From a virus: a stretch of 64,000 nucleotides of DNA. Position numbers and translations under genes: made by a program. Numbering within the stretch: the stretch's first letter is position 1; each line of letters opens with the position of its first letter. The stretch covers positions 17,586 to 81,585 of IMG/VR virus record IMGVR_UViG_3300045988_156148. One strand, given 5' to 3'. Of the stretch, positions 63,987 to 64,000 are shown one piece after another. Below the pieces are notes generated by a model. That model did not search any database, was not told where the DNA came from, and was given only the letters and a program-made list of their open reading frames with translations.

Positions 63987-64000
63987 TTTTTTTCAGCAAA

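Noticed and set aside
1-64000. Genome-wide stop-codon reassignment (TGA, TAG or TAA recoding, as in some large Bacteroidota phages)
   Set aside because: Very long ORFs (1253, 1241, 700, 665 and 650 aa) are uninterrupted in the standard code. TAA, TAG and TGA are all seen as gene terminators at tightly packed gene junctions. Only isolated in-frame stops occur (51712 TGA, 40256 TAA), and local lesions explain them better.
1-64000. tRNA, rRNA or CRISPR arrays
   Set aside because: No T-loop-like GGTTCGAATCC-type motifs, no rRNA-like GC-rich blocks and no regularly spaced direct repeats were seen by eye. The simple repeats at 30350-30530 are low-complexity tracts, not repeat-spacer units. A tRNAscan/Infernal run would be needed to be certain.

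Overview
Gene-dense, visibly AT-rich stretch of a large tailed-phage (or prophage) genome. The host looks like Bacteroidota: TAnnTTTG -7 boxes recur in front of gene blocks. GC content was not computed. There are three transcription blocks. (i) 1-13.9 kb, + strand: tail-fibre, receptor-binding and tail-tip genes, interrupted by an intact tnpB-only IS200/IS605-family element. (ii) 13.9-29.9 kb, - strand: replication and regulation genes (primase-helicase, beta-clamp-like protein, HTH replication protein, KilA-N proteins, Bro-N/KilAC antirepressor, GIY-YIG endonuclease). (iii) 30.7-59.8 kb, + strand: more than 70 mostly small genes. Block iii includes a recombination module (Rad50/SbcC-like ATPase, SSB-like OB-fold protein, RecT, MBL-fold nuclease, RuvC-like resolvase), two Dam-type methyltransferases, dUTPase, a TIGR02757-like protein, a small serine recombinase and several homing-endonuclease genes. 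The last 4 kb are mixed and hold a second, truncated tnpB. Blocks ii and iii diverge from an 0.8-kb non-coding hub with iterons and simple repeats that looks like an origin. The most notable observations follow. (1) A 23-bp perfect inverted repeat brackets the C-terminal, receptor-binding part of a tail-fibre gene. A decayed alternative C-terminus lies on the opposite strand, so this resembles a Mu G / P1 C-type invertible cassette. A small serine recombinase at 35 kb is a possible but unproven invertase. (2) The intact TnpB element has its right-end hairpin over the stop codon of a tail-fibre chaperone-like gene. A 71-nt orphan copy of that right end (omega-RNA 3' part) sits at 37.4 kb and shows compensatory stem changes. 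(3) Several genes are broken in distinctive ways: a 6-nt insert carrying TGA inside the HxHxDH motif of the MBL gene, three frame breaks at 5-nt homopolymers, and an in-frame TAA. No rRNA, tRNA or CRISPR array was seen by eye. All family names rest on motif recognition from memory and need HMM or BLAST confirmation.
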